From the NCBI RefSeq assembly GCF_008831285.2, contig NC_045138.2:31000001-31064000 (forward strand): DNA of 64,000 nucleotides. The letters run 5' to 3'. The notes under the pieces were generated by a model. It was given only the letters and a program-made list of their open reading frames with translations, did not search any database and was not told the origin of the DNA. Positions within the stretch are counted from its first letter, which is position 1; every line of letters begins with the position of its first letter. Shown here piece after piece: positions 52,901 through 64,000 of the stretch. The DNA comes from Nymphaea colorata (taxonomy: Eukaryota). The position numbers and the translations under genes were made by a program.

Positions 52901-54499
52901 TTCTTAATTGGTGGTAAGCGTTTTTTGTTGTATATGTTCGACTTCATTAGAGGAGTTCCGACAGATGTATGATCTCAATCCAATCCATTGATATCCTTGT
53001 TAATAATAATAGCAACAGCAAAACCAACAATAATAATCCTCATCATTCTTTATCCTCATCTGACCATGCTTAGCACATCCTTCACTAATGAAAAAAAATC
53101 ATGGAAAGAAGGATCAGTCTCCATAACTTGCTTGCCTAACCTTTTAGTAATTTGTGGATTCTTAATCCCTCTTTTGGCCTTTCTAAGCACATAATTAGGA
53201 TCTAACAAAGGGGGAAATAGAGATTATGGGGCAAGTGCTTAGCACTTGTCCCGTGTTTGGAGATTTTTCTTTCCCTTCAAGAAACGACTGGAATTATGAT
53301 TGATTTCCCATCATTGCCTAGCCTCAGTACTGAAGCGTAGGGGCCACAGAAGTTTTTGGAGGAATCTCCACTTTTAAGAGATCTCCTTGTCAGTACTGAT
53401 GTTCAGCGTCAACTAGATGCCCCCCCTTGGATTTTCCTCTTGGCAATATTCAAAACCAGACTCAAAGTTTGGCTACCATAAAAGATGCACCTACCAATTT
53501 GATATTATTTCATTTCTAATATGTAGTAAATATTTTGTTAGTTAGTTAACCCGGGTAACCATTAACTCGAGGTTAAATGCCTCAAGTGCCCCCAGGTTAA
53601 ACTCGTAATGCAATCACATCATGTTTCTTCGGCAAGAACATGGTGTTTTGCGTCAATACATCTTGAAATCTATTTTAAATCCATAAACATCTTCATAGAC
53701 CGATAATCCACTAAAGGTCATTTGCATGGTTAATATGTGATGTTAGGGGGGAGCGAGTGGGGAAGGCACATGTATGTGTTCAGTTTTCTATGCAGACTAA
53801 CACAACTATTACTTATTTATCTGTTAATATCATGTAGTCATTACATATTCGCTCAAGGAACGTAAGATAGTAGTTGGTTAGGCTGAAAAGCCGATGAAAG
53901 TTCAATTATCAATTCAATTCTCGTGGACACTTTCCCTTTAAACTAAACATATAGTGAGGTGTGCAATACTGTAATTGATTGTACCATACTCCCTTCCCTA
54001 TGTCTTGAAGCAACGCCAAAACTAGAATAATGAGAAAGAGTGAGTACAGTCTTTTACACCACTTGGTTACCCATTGAATGGCTGGCCCCTTCGCTAGAAA
54101 TTTCTACCAGGGGGTGCAATATCCAAAATGATATAATAATAGGTTCCTGTCTTATCCTTGAAAAAAGCAATGGTGGTATTCAGAGTTCCATGTTGGCATG
54201 TTTGAAAATGAATTAAAAATTTAGTTATTTTCTCTTTTCTTGTTAATTTAAAGAAAATTCAGGAGGAGGCTTGTTAGTTCATGGTTTTAGTGTCTTTGAA
54301 GTTTGAACTCTGAACAGGAACATTGCTATATCTTATTACGTGACTGTAATTGGAAAAGGACTTCTGATGAAGGTAACTTAGATGTATAGCCATTTGGTAT
54401 GTCTCTTTTTGTTATATAATATGGAACTGGATTCTTGAAAGATTGGTGCAATAGACAGAGTAGGGATTGATGGGCGGTCCGTTTTCGTTTTAAATTTCT

Positions 54500-57350
54500 A
54501 AAGTTAAATTATAAACAGTGGCGTCACTCAGATATACGAAAAGCAACCAAAGTATGGGAAAAAAGTGGGGGCTTTCAACAATGTCTAATGGAACCTCAAC
54601 ATTTTCTTCGATAATCAAATAACAAAACTCAATCCTAAGCTTACAGAACCATTTGTAAAACCTCGCGTGTCGTCTCCGGCCGGGGGGCTGCACCCAGATC
54701 TCTAGATAGAAATTGAATCGTGATTGCTCCTGTGACAAGACAGCCTGCCCTGCTGCTCCTACCCTCCATAGGTTGTCGAGCCGCTGAGCCTTTGCCTCGC
54801 CGGAAGAAACGTAAAACGAGAAGAATGAAACCCAAGGGAACCTGAATCCAGTTCACAATCTTCAATAGAAATTGCGGGAGAGAAATCTAGATGATCTCTC
54901 TATTCATTTGATGACTGATATTGCATCAAGCCTTTGTTCGCCACTATCTAATGTTTCATTTCCCATGAAAAATATGTCTCCATATATATTAGATTCATGG
55001 ACTCTTGAAATTGAATCTTCTCCACTGTGCAGACAGTTATCTGTATTGGAAGCGTTAATCTGAAAGATTGAGCCATAAAATTAATAAATTTCCCAGTTGA
55101 AGTGTGATGGAGGCAAAGTTTCTAGGTTTCGTAGATGAACAGTGAGATGCCCAGACATTTAATAGGTAGATTCCGTTCTGCTGTTCTACCATGGCTGCAA
55201 CATTACTTGCTAATTGTACTTCTTCGTACAGTACTGTTCGACCGAAGGAAAGAACCCCTTCAGCACAAAAGTAAGGAAGTAAAAGGGATGGTCCAATTAC
55301 GAAGTTAATCCTGAGAGTCACTGATTTTTACTGTTACTAAAGAGAGTCACTGATTTTTACTGTTACTAAATAACTAATTAAGTTCTGCAAGTGCCATTCT
55401 CGAACAAGGTAACAAAATAGAAAGTCTTCATTTTTAAACCCCGAGAGCTCCCAATATAGTTTTCCACGGTTCCGTTATCAAGTATAGTGAAGCATATGAA
55501 AGAAACAGGTGGCCTGACATGTGATATCATACTGAAGAAAAGCATGTTCTAGGCATAAAACAAAGGACTGACGTGATGGTAGAGATGATGTCTCCAAGAA
55601 ACCATTTTCCAACTATCTGTAGTTAGCTGGAGCCTGCACATGAGAATCCGGGACTCAACAACAGATGGAAAGACAAGGCAGGCTCCCTATGTCAATCCCA
55701 ATAAACTCGAGAAATAGTTTGATTCCTCACTTATGAGTATAATGAAGGATGTAGAAGAGACACACTACCAGACACTGGGTTGAGGGGAAGCAGTAGACAA
55801 ATTGAGAACTTTGGTGTCAATACTTTCAAAATGTCTGTTCTATCTACGGAACGCACGTTTGAATCTCCATCAATATTGCCAAACAAGGTTAGGAAGAAAT
55901 TATGTCTCCTTACCCTGATCGAGGGGGGGGATCCTCGCTTTGCCCCCTGCCCTGATCTGAAAATTTTCTTCCTCAACTGCATTGATGGGAATATTGAAGC
56001 ACAGAGAAGAATTACACGCTTGAAGGTGCATGGTGCATTGCACTCGGCATGGTCAGATCCCAATGGAGAGAATTTTGTCAGGAAGAGACACTCTACTCTA
56101 CCATATGCATTAGATAAACTATTCTCGGACCAACTCTGTTGACAAGGGCAAGTAAACAGTTTCATGTCCTACCTAGCAAAAGGCCTTACACTATAGATCT
56201 ATTGAGGAATAGACATAATTGGTACAAAGACATAATTAAACTGAGAAACTTCCCCTTCATTTTCATCAAAGTTTGATAGTCCAACATCGCAGATAAACTA
56301 TGCCCAGAAGCCCATCGGCCTCGAACCCTTGTTCAAGTTCCTCTCCTTCTCTGGTTGTATATTCATATGGAAAACAGCCTATTAATTATCCATACAAGTG
56401 AGCAGTCGGCAAGGAAGTGCGGGAAACTGATCATTCTCCTCTTGATAGTTGGTCCTAAGACTGTTCAGCAACCTTTCGTCTTGTTCATCTCTCACTGGCT
56501 ACGGGCCCATCTTCTAAGGATTGCAACAACTCTACTGTGATCATACCATAAGTGAGTGGGCTCTAAAAATATATATGATTGGCCTTCATTCTGCACTCAG
56601 CGACCGAGCTAGTGACCCACAACCCCATAACAGTTCAACCTTGCACGCTTGCACTAAAGGAAGAACTATGTTGGCATCAGCACTGAACCCTGGTCATGGA
56701 GGATTTCTGTATCTACAGTAGTTCCTCTAAAGGCATGCAAGTTCAAATGAGCACGTCAACCCCATTCCCTCAGTATTTAATCTGTTGTGGTTAGTTAAGC
56801 GTAAATTAGAGCATTTGCACAACCTATTGTTTGAAAGGCATTATGAGTTTAGATTTTGAACTCGTTAACTGCAATTAGATAAACACTTGAATATGTATGT
56901 ATGTCTCTTACAACATGAACAGCCACAGTCGTCTCATCATGGCCATCTCTCTCAAGACGCAATTGTGACATCTTTAAGGAGGTGAAAAACCTGGATTAGA
57001 TATTGGCAAGGCCCAGTTTCTACATTTACATATGTTCTGAAGCTTGAAACTGAACGGAGTTTCAACTTTCAAAAGAGATACGTATGGCTGACTGAGGATA
57101 ATGGTCCACCTGGAACGTGACCCAGGTCCGACCATATCTAAACAATGGAGTCTGATTTGCACGTGGGAGACAAAACTCAGGAGATCTTGGTGAGCCAGCC
57201 CGGCATTTCAGAGAGCTCAGACAGAGTTTCCGACACACCACTGCTTCAGACCAACGCCCATCTTCATGGCCTAGCCCTCACCCAGTCGATTCAATAGTCC
57301 AGCTGCAGCCTCCAAACATTGACATAAGGAAAATGAAGCCCATCCCATCG
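54500..57350 (-). mobile_element. Highly degenerate LINE (L1-like) ORF2 remnant
   Basis: Minus-strand fragments appear in the expected order: NAYGRVECLFL (cf. KAYDRVEWxFL), FRSGQGAKRGSPPS (cf. F.S.RGLRQGDPLS), LAILME, and later DNLWRVG (cf. the zf-RVT region). There are many stops and frameshifts, and the boundaries are uncertain. Confidence 0.5.
55313..55370. repeat. 29-bp tandem duplication
   Basis: GAGAGTCACTGATTTTTACTGTTACTAAA occurs twice. Confidence 0.9.
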
Positions 57351-57870
57351 TCCGTAGCAAAGATTCTTTGCTTTTATGGTGGTGGGTCCCCAACACACAC
57401 ATACTGCACACAAGATATGGGTGCAGTCCCAAGTGGGTACAGAACAGAGTCCAGGATCATCTGTAGGCCCTTGTCCCCAAGGGACAACAATTGCCCTAAA
57501 TCCTTGTGATTGTCCTTTTATTCAGACCTTAAAAAATCACAATTCATTTGGTTTTAATGCATTAAAAGGTAACCACATGGATGGCATGCAAATATTTCAT
57601 GTAATAATTTACAGCATATCTGAAAATCAGATGGCCAGAAACACCATCATGACGAACATCATGATACCATTGAGTGTCAACATCTTTTAGGCTCATTTTC
57701 TGTCATGACTCATGACCATAGACTTGAAACCATGTGTTCTGTTCATGCTTCCAGATCTTTATGGAAATACTCTAGAAATGGAAAATACCTTGTTGCTTTT
57801 CTGCAACTGTATATGAAACTGATCTTTCTTGATACAGAAAATGAGAAAATGAGCTTTAATGTGATTAGCT

Positions 57871-57872
<2 letters not shown>

Positions 57873-57940
<68 letters not shown>
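57873..57940. repeat. Compound (CT)n(GT)n microsatellite
   Basis: A CT run followed directly by a TG run. Confidence 0.95.
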
Positions 57941-60900
57941 ATGCAATGTGTGAGTATGTGTGTGCTACACATACACATACACACAAACAATGAATTTTTC
58001 CTCATATATATCCAGTAAACCCTTGCTTCTATTACGTTAATGTTCATTGTTACTGTTGACGCTTGTTCCCACTATTTTGTTCAAAAACTTGTTCACAATG
58101 ACATATATGTGGCACTAAAAGTCTGGATGAACTCAACCTTTTATGAACTATGGAGATGCTCGTTACACGTAGCTCAGGCTGAAGTTGAACAGTATCCATA
58201 CACATTAATCAGATCTTCCAGAATCTTTCTCAACCTTCATGTCCCACCACTGAAACTTTGTCCCAGTCGTGGTTAGAATATTAATTTGTATATTAATTAG
58301 TGCTTCATGCAGATTGTTCTTTCCCGTTTTTCTTTCTATCTGGTTAGTCTTGCTTCATTAATGCAGTGAACTGTTTCCACGTTTATTGCTTTAAATGCAT
58401 GCTTTAGCATGTGCACTTCAGCTGCACGGGTTTTGTATTTCTCCAACAATTGGACAACGCCATGCAATGAAAGTGATACTAATAAACCCAATCCCAGCAA
58501 AGCTACATCATTATAGCATTATGAAGAAATTCTTATATTGGTGATTAGAAGAAATAATTGAACAGCTAGCCACACCTTTCATATAGACCACAAACCATAG
58601 TATGCCTCACAGATGGGTTGCTTTCACCAATCCTATTGATGTAGACAAGCCATAGGACTTGAATGCCCTTGCTCTCTCCATTTATTGCACTTTTTAACTT
58701 TGAATTCTAATATTGAATGGCATCATCTGCGGGGTGAGTTGCAAATTGGAGGTTGGAGCTTGCCACCGCTTTGGAAGCAAAAGTGTAGGACAAGGACTTG
58801 CGTGGCCACTTCCTGGTTGCCCTTGATGGAGGATACTGATGCTTGCTCACAACAACATAGATACCACAAAAAATGTCTCCCTTCCCCAATTATTAATCTT
58901 GTTTGAATCAACTAGTTAAATTACCTGTTTGAGTTGATAGATTTGCAGGAATATATCCGTCGACCATTCAAAATTCCAAAAAACAACTAAAAGCTCTTCG
59001 GACCATTTTGATGGTAGATGGTTATCTTTATGAGCATTATCAAAGTTGCTTTTCTTGATTCCTACCAGTTACCTGGTATATATCCCAAGAGACCAATCAA
59101 GGTTTGAGTATGTCAAGTATAGAAGAAGAATATAATTTGACAGATGACTAGATGTGTCCCTGCTAACGTGAGGAGAATGCTAATGAAAAGCAGCTGGGTC
59201 CAACACTAATCTAGACCCTAATGCGGTGCTTCTGTACATTTTGAGGATCTGTTTGTTTTAGATTACCAATCACCAAATTTGGAAACCAAAGTGCTGAGGC
59301 TTATCTAAAAAAGAGAAACTATTATAGCCATATGAGAATCTTGTACATATTGGTTTAACCTGCTCTACCACTGGTCACCTCTCCAGCAACCTAAAATTCT
59401 GTGGTGATAGCTTCTTCCACTGTGCATGTTCTACCCCTTTGAGATCTTAAGGACAAAAACATTAGATTGAAAAGCTTGAACAGCTTCGAAATCAGCTTGT
59501 ACTTGACCTAATTAAAGAGCACGCACCTGACCTTAGGAGATTTGTGGGGCAGGCCTGAATTTACTAGCACAGTTTACTGTAGTAGGCCACATTTGATTAC
59601 CATGGACCCGAGATCCATACTGATCTCAGACAACCTCCCCACCCTACCCAATCCTCAAATATACTAAAATTTGTAGCATGGATCCGAGATCCGTGCTTGG
59701 GGATGAAGCTGAAGCCCACAGTTTGTTAAAGCTGTAAATTTAAGCTATCGCTGATTTCAGATCCCCTCAGACCTCAACCTTAAAGTACCCCAACTTCTCC
59801 TGGGACACACTGGGCTATAAAGTTCTCAAGATGGTTATGACATGTCCTAAGATGGGGTTTAGTTCATTTGGAATGTTTAAAACAAGCCAAACAAACTGAA
59901 GATGTCTGGTTTAAGCTTGGCTAGCAGATTGATCACTAAGTGCATGTGAGCAACCCCAAGCTGGGCCATGCAAAAATTCCATGTTGTTCTTTAAAGTTGA
60001 GAACAGTGGGGCTTTTAGCATTAAAATATTGTTGCATTCCATGCACCATAACGAAAGTATGCACTGAAACAGGACATGCCATTGCGAACATGCACCTACT
60101 GAGTTGGAAAGCACCACAATACAGAAATATAGATCTTTTTCGTTACTAAGAAAAAGAAAAGATGACGATGCCTGTCTTTAATGGAACATCTGAAACTAAA
60201 ACCGAGATGTACCACATGCTCTCGAATCCAAGAGCTAAAGTGGTTGAATCACTTGAATCTGGCGACTTCAATTTTCGTTCAGCTCTATTGTGCTCAACAA
60301 GCTGCTCATAACTGCTTTTTCTTCAGCTGATTCAACTAATCTTGAACATGACATAACATTCTGCTCACCTAGCTAGGTAGGGTCTTCGACTTTTCAAGTT
60401 TAAGAAAGATCATGCTTTTAACATTCGAATGTGCATTGTTTGCTACAAGTTGGTATTAGTAAATGTCTATCTAAGCCCAGATCGCATATCAAAAAGGAAA
60501 ATGTATAAACTGATCTGAACTGGGTCTATGAGCTGCTTGGCCTCTTGACTAGCAATATAATATTACGGTTGAGCAGGGAGTTTGGACATGATCCAGCCTA
60601 CTTGTTCTTGGAACTTGTAGTGCAACTCTCACCCTGTTCATGACACTCCGGCTGCCCGTATCACGGGCTTACCCAAGCTTTTCTGATCAGGTACTTGGTG
60701 CACCAAAAGTAATAAGATTTCTACGGTCTGTCCACTTTCATATATTTTGGATTTGGGGAATGTCAGAGAGAACCGTCTGAAAAAAGATCCTGCTTTGGAT
60801 CTTGCAAGATAACGCAAATCTCTCTTGGACCTTGACCCACTCTTCACGGAAATGTGGTTGGTCCTGCTCCTTACATTGTTTACTCGGTCAAAGAAAAGCC

Positions 60901-61800
60901 AATTTGAATTGTGAATTAGTTTTAGAAGGTACAATAATATTATGCTTTTGGGGGGTGAGCCAGAGGTTATAGCACTCACTAGAATCAAAAGCCTGTTACA
61001 TGTGCGCTTACTTCTCTACATTATGTTATGCCCCCATGTTATTATTCAAAAGGCAAATGCTATGCCTCCTTCATGTTGTTACCTAATGGTTCTTTTCAAG
61101 AGAACGATACATTTCTAAATGAGCTTGGATTTGCTCCTCTGGTCGAGCTAGGAGCATATATTAAGGCAGGTCTTTAGTTTCATTTTTATGGGCGCTATGT
61201 TTCTGTGTTTTAAGGTGGTAGGGTGTGACATTCAAGTTGAAGGGTGTACCGTTGCTATTCGCTGACACCAATACAACTCAAGATCCGAAAAAAGAGAGAA
61301 TAGGGAACGTCCGAGTCTTTTTCGTCATATTTCGTCGTATTGGATCAAATAACACGACTTTATGGTGGGATTTTAAAGCACCGATAACTTGAAAATTGAG
61401 ATATTTACTGAAAATCACTTGTTTGTAAAACTATCGTTCTTTTGTCTTGATATTCACATCACAAAGCACGTGTCTTGGTGTTTCTATATCATTCGAAAGC
61501 ATATTAAGTTTTATACTCGAGCAACATTTTAGAATCTCATCAGATTTACAGTGAGACTTTCGAGGAAATGAAAAAGAGAAAGGGATATTAAAGTAGTTGC
61601 AGGAAAACACAAGGGCGGTTTTGAGCACCTCTTCCTCCCCCATGACACCGAAATCCTTTCTCTACTGCCATGATCGAACCTCGACGGAGAAACCTATCGT
61701 TCCCTTCACTATCACGCCTCCGCCTTCTCCTCCACTGTTCCACACCCATATTCACGCGCATGCATGCACACATGCAAGCACGCAACCAGTCCCTCCCTCC

Positions 61801-61808
61801 TATTTAAG
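61801..61808 (+). promoter_or_regulatory. Candidate TATA-like box of the YUCCA gene
   Basis: TATTTAAG about 175 nt upstream of the ATG, followed by a CT-rich leader. An RY-like CATGCATGCA lies at ~61758. Confidence 0.45.
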
Positions 61809-61978
61809 ACCACCATCTCCCTCTCTCTCCCCTCCATCCACCATTACCAACACTACCGCTCTTTCTCTCAGTCTCTCTGCCTTGCTTCCGTCTGCTCTTC
61901 CTGTTTCCTCACTCTACGAGAGACTCTGTTCGAAGTAAAGCCGAAGAAGCGTTGACGTATCGGTGGTGGTAGTGGAAA

Positions 61979-63367
61979 ATGGAGTCGAAAGAGGCGGAGC
62001 TGCTGAGGTGCGTGTGGGTGAACGGGCCCATCATAGTGGGGGCGGGTCCGTCGGGGCTGGCGACGGCGGCGTCGCTGGGGCAGCTGGGGGTGCCGTGCGT
62101 GGTGCTCGACCGCTCCGACCGCATCGCGTCGCTGTGGCACTACCGGACCTACGACCGGCTGAAGCTGCACCTGCCCAAGCAGTTCTGTCAGCTCCCCTTC
62201 CTCCCCTTCCCTCCCCACTTCCCCGACTACCCTTCCAAGCACCAGTTCCTCTCCTACGTCAACTCCTACGCCTCCCGCTTCAACATCCGCCCCAGGTTCA
62301 ACCAGTCCGTCCAGTCCGCCCGCTTCGACCCCCTCTGCAGCCTCTGGCGTCTCCGAACCCTTGACCTCTCCTCCCCTGACTCCAAAAGCACCGTCGAGTA
62401 CATCTCCCGCTGGCTTATCGTCGCCTCCGGCGAGAACGCCGAGCCCCTGCTCCCTGACATCCCCGGGCTGGAGCAGTTCGCCGGCCCCGTTCTTCATACC
62501 AGCGAGTACAAGTCGGGCGAGGACTTTCGTGGGCAGAGGGTCCTCGTCGTGGGCTGCGGCAATTCCGGCATGGAGGTCAGCTTGGACCTCTGCAACCAAG
62601 CCGCTGTCCCTTATATGGTCGTCAGGAATTCTGTACGTTTCCTCCTCCTCCTTCTTCATTGATTTTGTAGAATGCTGTTTGTGTTTTGAGTATGCAACCT
62701 CGAACACGTTCATGGGAGTTTTTAATACCTTTTAGTGATGGCAGGAGAGTTTTTCTGGTGGGCGGGTTCTCTTCATTAGAAAGTACTGAAAGTTTGAGGG
62801 TTCTCTTCATTATTGTTTTCTTCTTTCTGACGTTTTTGGGTGATTGCATATAGGTGCATGTTTTGCCACGAGAAATACTGGGGTTCTCAACGTTTGGTAT
62901 ATCGATGGCGCTTCTCAAATGGCTGCCGCTGAGAGTTGTTGATAAGTTCCTGCTATTATGCGCTCTTGCTACATTTGGGAGCACCAAGAAGCATGGGATT
63001 CCCAGACCCAAGATTGGTCCGCTTGAGCTCAAGAATGTCGCCGGGAAAACCCCAGTTTTGGATGTTGGTGCACTTGCTAAGATCAGAGAAGGGAAAATTA
63101 AGGTCAGTGGTTCATGGGCTTCTTTGCTTTTCCACTTTCTCCAAGACTTTCTTGTGCGTTATTGGGAGTCTTCAGGGTTTAGCAACTTGGAGCCACGTGA
63201 AGTGCTTGATGTTTTCTTCATCTGTGTCCTTTTGATGCTTACAGGTGATGCCTGGAGTGAAGGAGGTCACGTGCCATGGGGCTAAATTTGTGGACGGGCA
63301 GGAGGAGGAGTTTGATTCAGTAGTCTTGGCTACAGGGTACAAGAGCAACGTACCCTCCTGGCTCAAG
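61979..63367 (+). CDS. YUC: YUCCA-family indole-3-pyruvate monooxygenase (YUC1/YUC4-like), exons 1-3; last exon lies beyond the window
   Basis: FAD motif GAGPSG, FMO motif [16 protein letters not shown] motif [15 protein letters not shown] and ATGY. Exons 61979-62632, 62854-63102 and 63245-63367, with GT-AG phase-0 introns. No stop codon is reached within the window. Confidence 0.95.
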
Positions 63368-64000
63368 GTAAGCTTCTGCGTGTATTGTGAAATTCCATTC
63401 GCTTCTGTCTCACAACAACCAGCATGTTACCTCTTTTCTTTCATATTAACTTTTGCCAGCTTTCCCCAAAGGGATAATATTCATAAACTTGGTACTCTTA
63501 TACGGTATCCTTTTTTCTTTTTTCCTTTTTTTTAAATTATTGGTGCTTCTAAACCCTGACTGCTTTGGAAAAGAGAAGATTTGGGCTGCCCATTTGTTGA
63601 GGAAAATCCAAAGAGATGGGTTTTTTCTGTTTGTTGCATCCGCTATGTCTTTTTTCTCTTTATTGAAGGGAAAAGGCAATTGCAGAGATAGAGAGAGAGA
63701 GCCTGAGGTGTCTTACGTTTTATGTCCTTACATGGGAATGCTGCCTATATTTTTTTTTACTATTGGTTCTGCAGAAGGTTGGTCTTTTTTTTGTATCTCT
63801 AATATATGATGCAGAAACTTGAACCGTTTCTTGTTATGTTTGCTTTCGTTTCTTATATTTTATTCCATAAATGCGTTGTTTACCTGCTGCTCTGCCCTTT
63901 ACAAAATAATGATAAATAAATAGTTCCTCCATTCTGCTGCCCAAAGAAATACATATTCTGTACCATATAATCCAAGAAAACGTACCGTTTCCATTGTTCA

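Noticed and set aside
61868..62713. 281-aa antisense ORF and other overlapping ORFs over YUCCA exon 1
   Set aside because: These are shadow ORFs expected from GC-rich codon usage, with no independent domain signal.
7266..63367. Auxin-related gene cluster (PDR transporters plus YUCCA)
   Set aside because: The genes are over 35 kb apart with unrelated genes between them, and there is no evidence that these PDRs carry auxinic compounds.

Overview
Eukaryotic (flowering-plant) nuclear DNA: AT-rich intergenic regions, GT-AG introns, microsatellites and many small transposon remnants. The species cannot be fixed from the sequence. The genes, in order, are: an intronless PLS/E+ PPR RNA-editing factor resembling CRR21 (-); two intact, tandemly duplicated 24-exon full-size ABCG/PDR transporters (-), copied together with their flanks; an intronless uncharacterised gene carrying a VARLMGL-like motif (-); tRNA-Gly(GCC) (-); a 7-exon choline/ethanolamine kinase (-); and the first three exons of a YUCCA flavin monooxygenase (+), which runs off the window end. 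Mobile DNA comprises a 3'-truncated Ty1/copia element, a very degenerate LINE, and several hAT-, Tourist- and possibly Mutator-like MITEs with readable target-site duplications. The most interesting observation is that tRNA-Gly lies about 0.94 kb downstream of the choline kinase on the same strand, which recalls the graft-mobile CK1:tRNA-Gly dicistronic transcript of Arabidopsis. Next is the coding and promoter divergence between the two PDR copies. No wholly new system can be demonstrated from sequence alone. All exon coordinates, alignments and family assignments were read by eye and recalled from memory, not computed.
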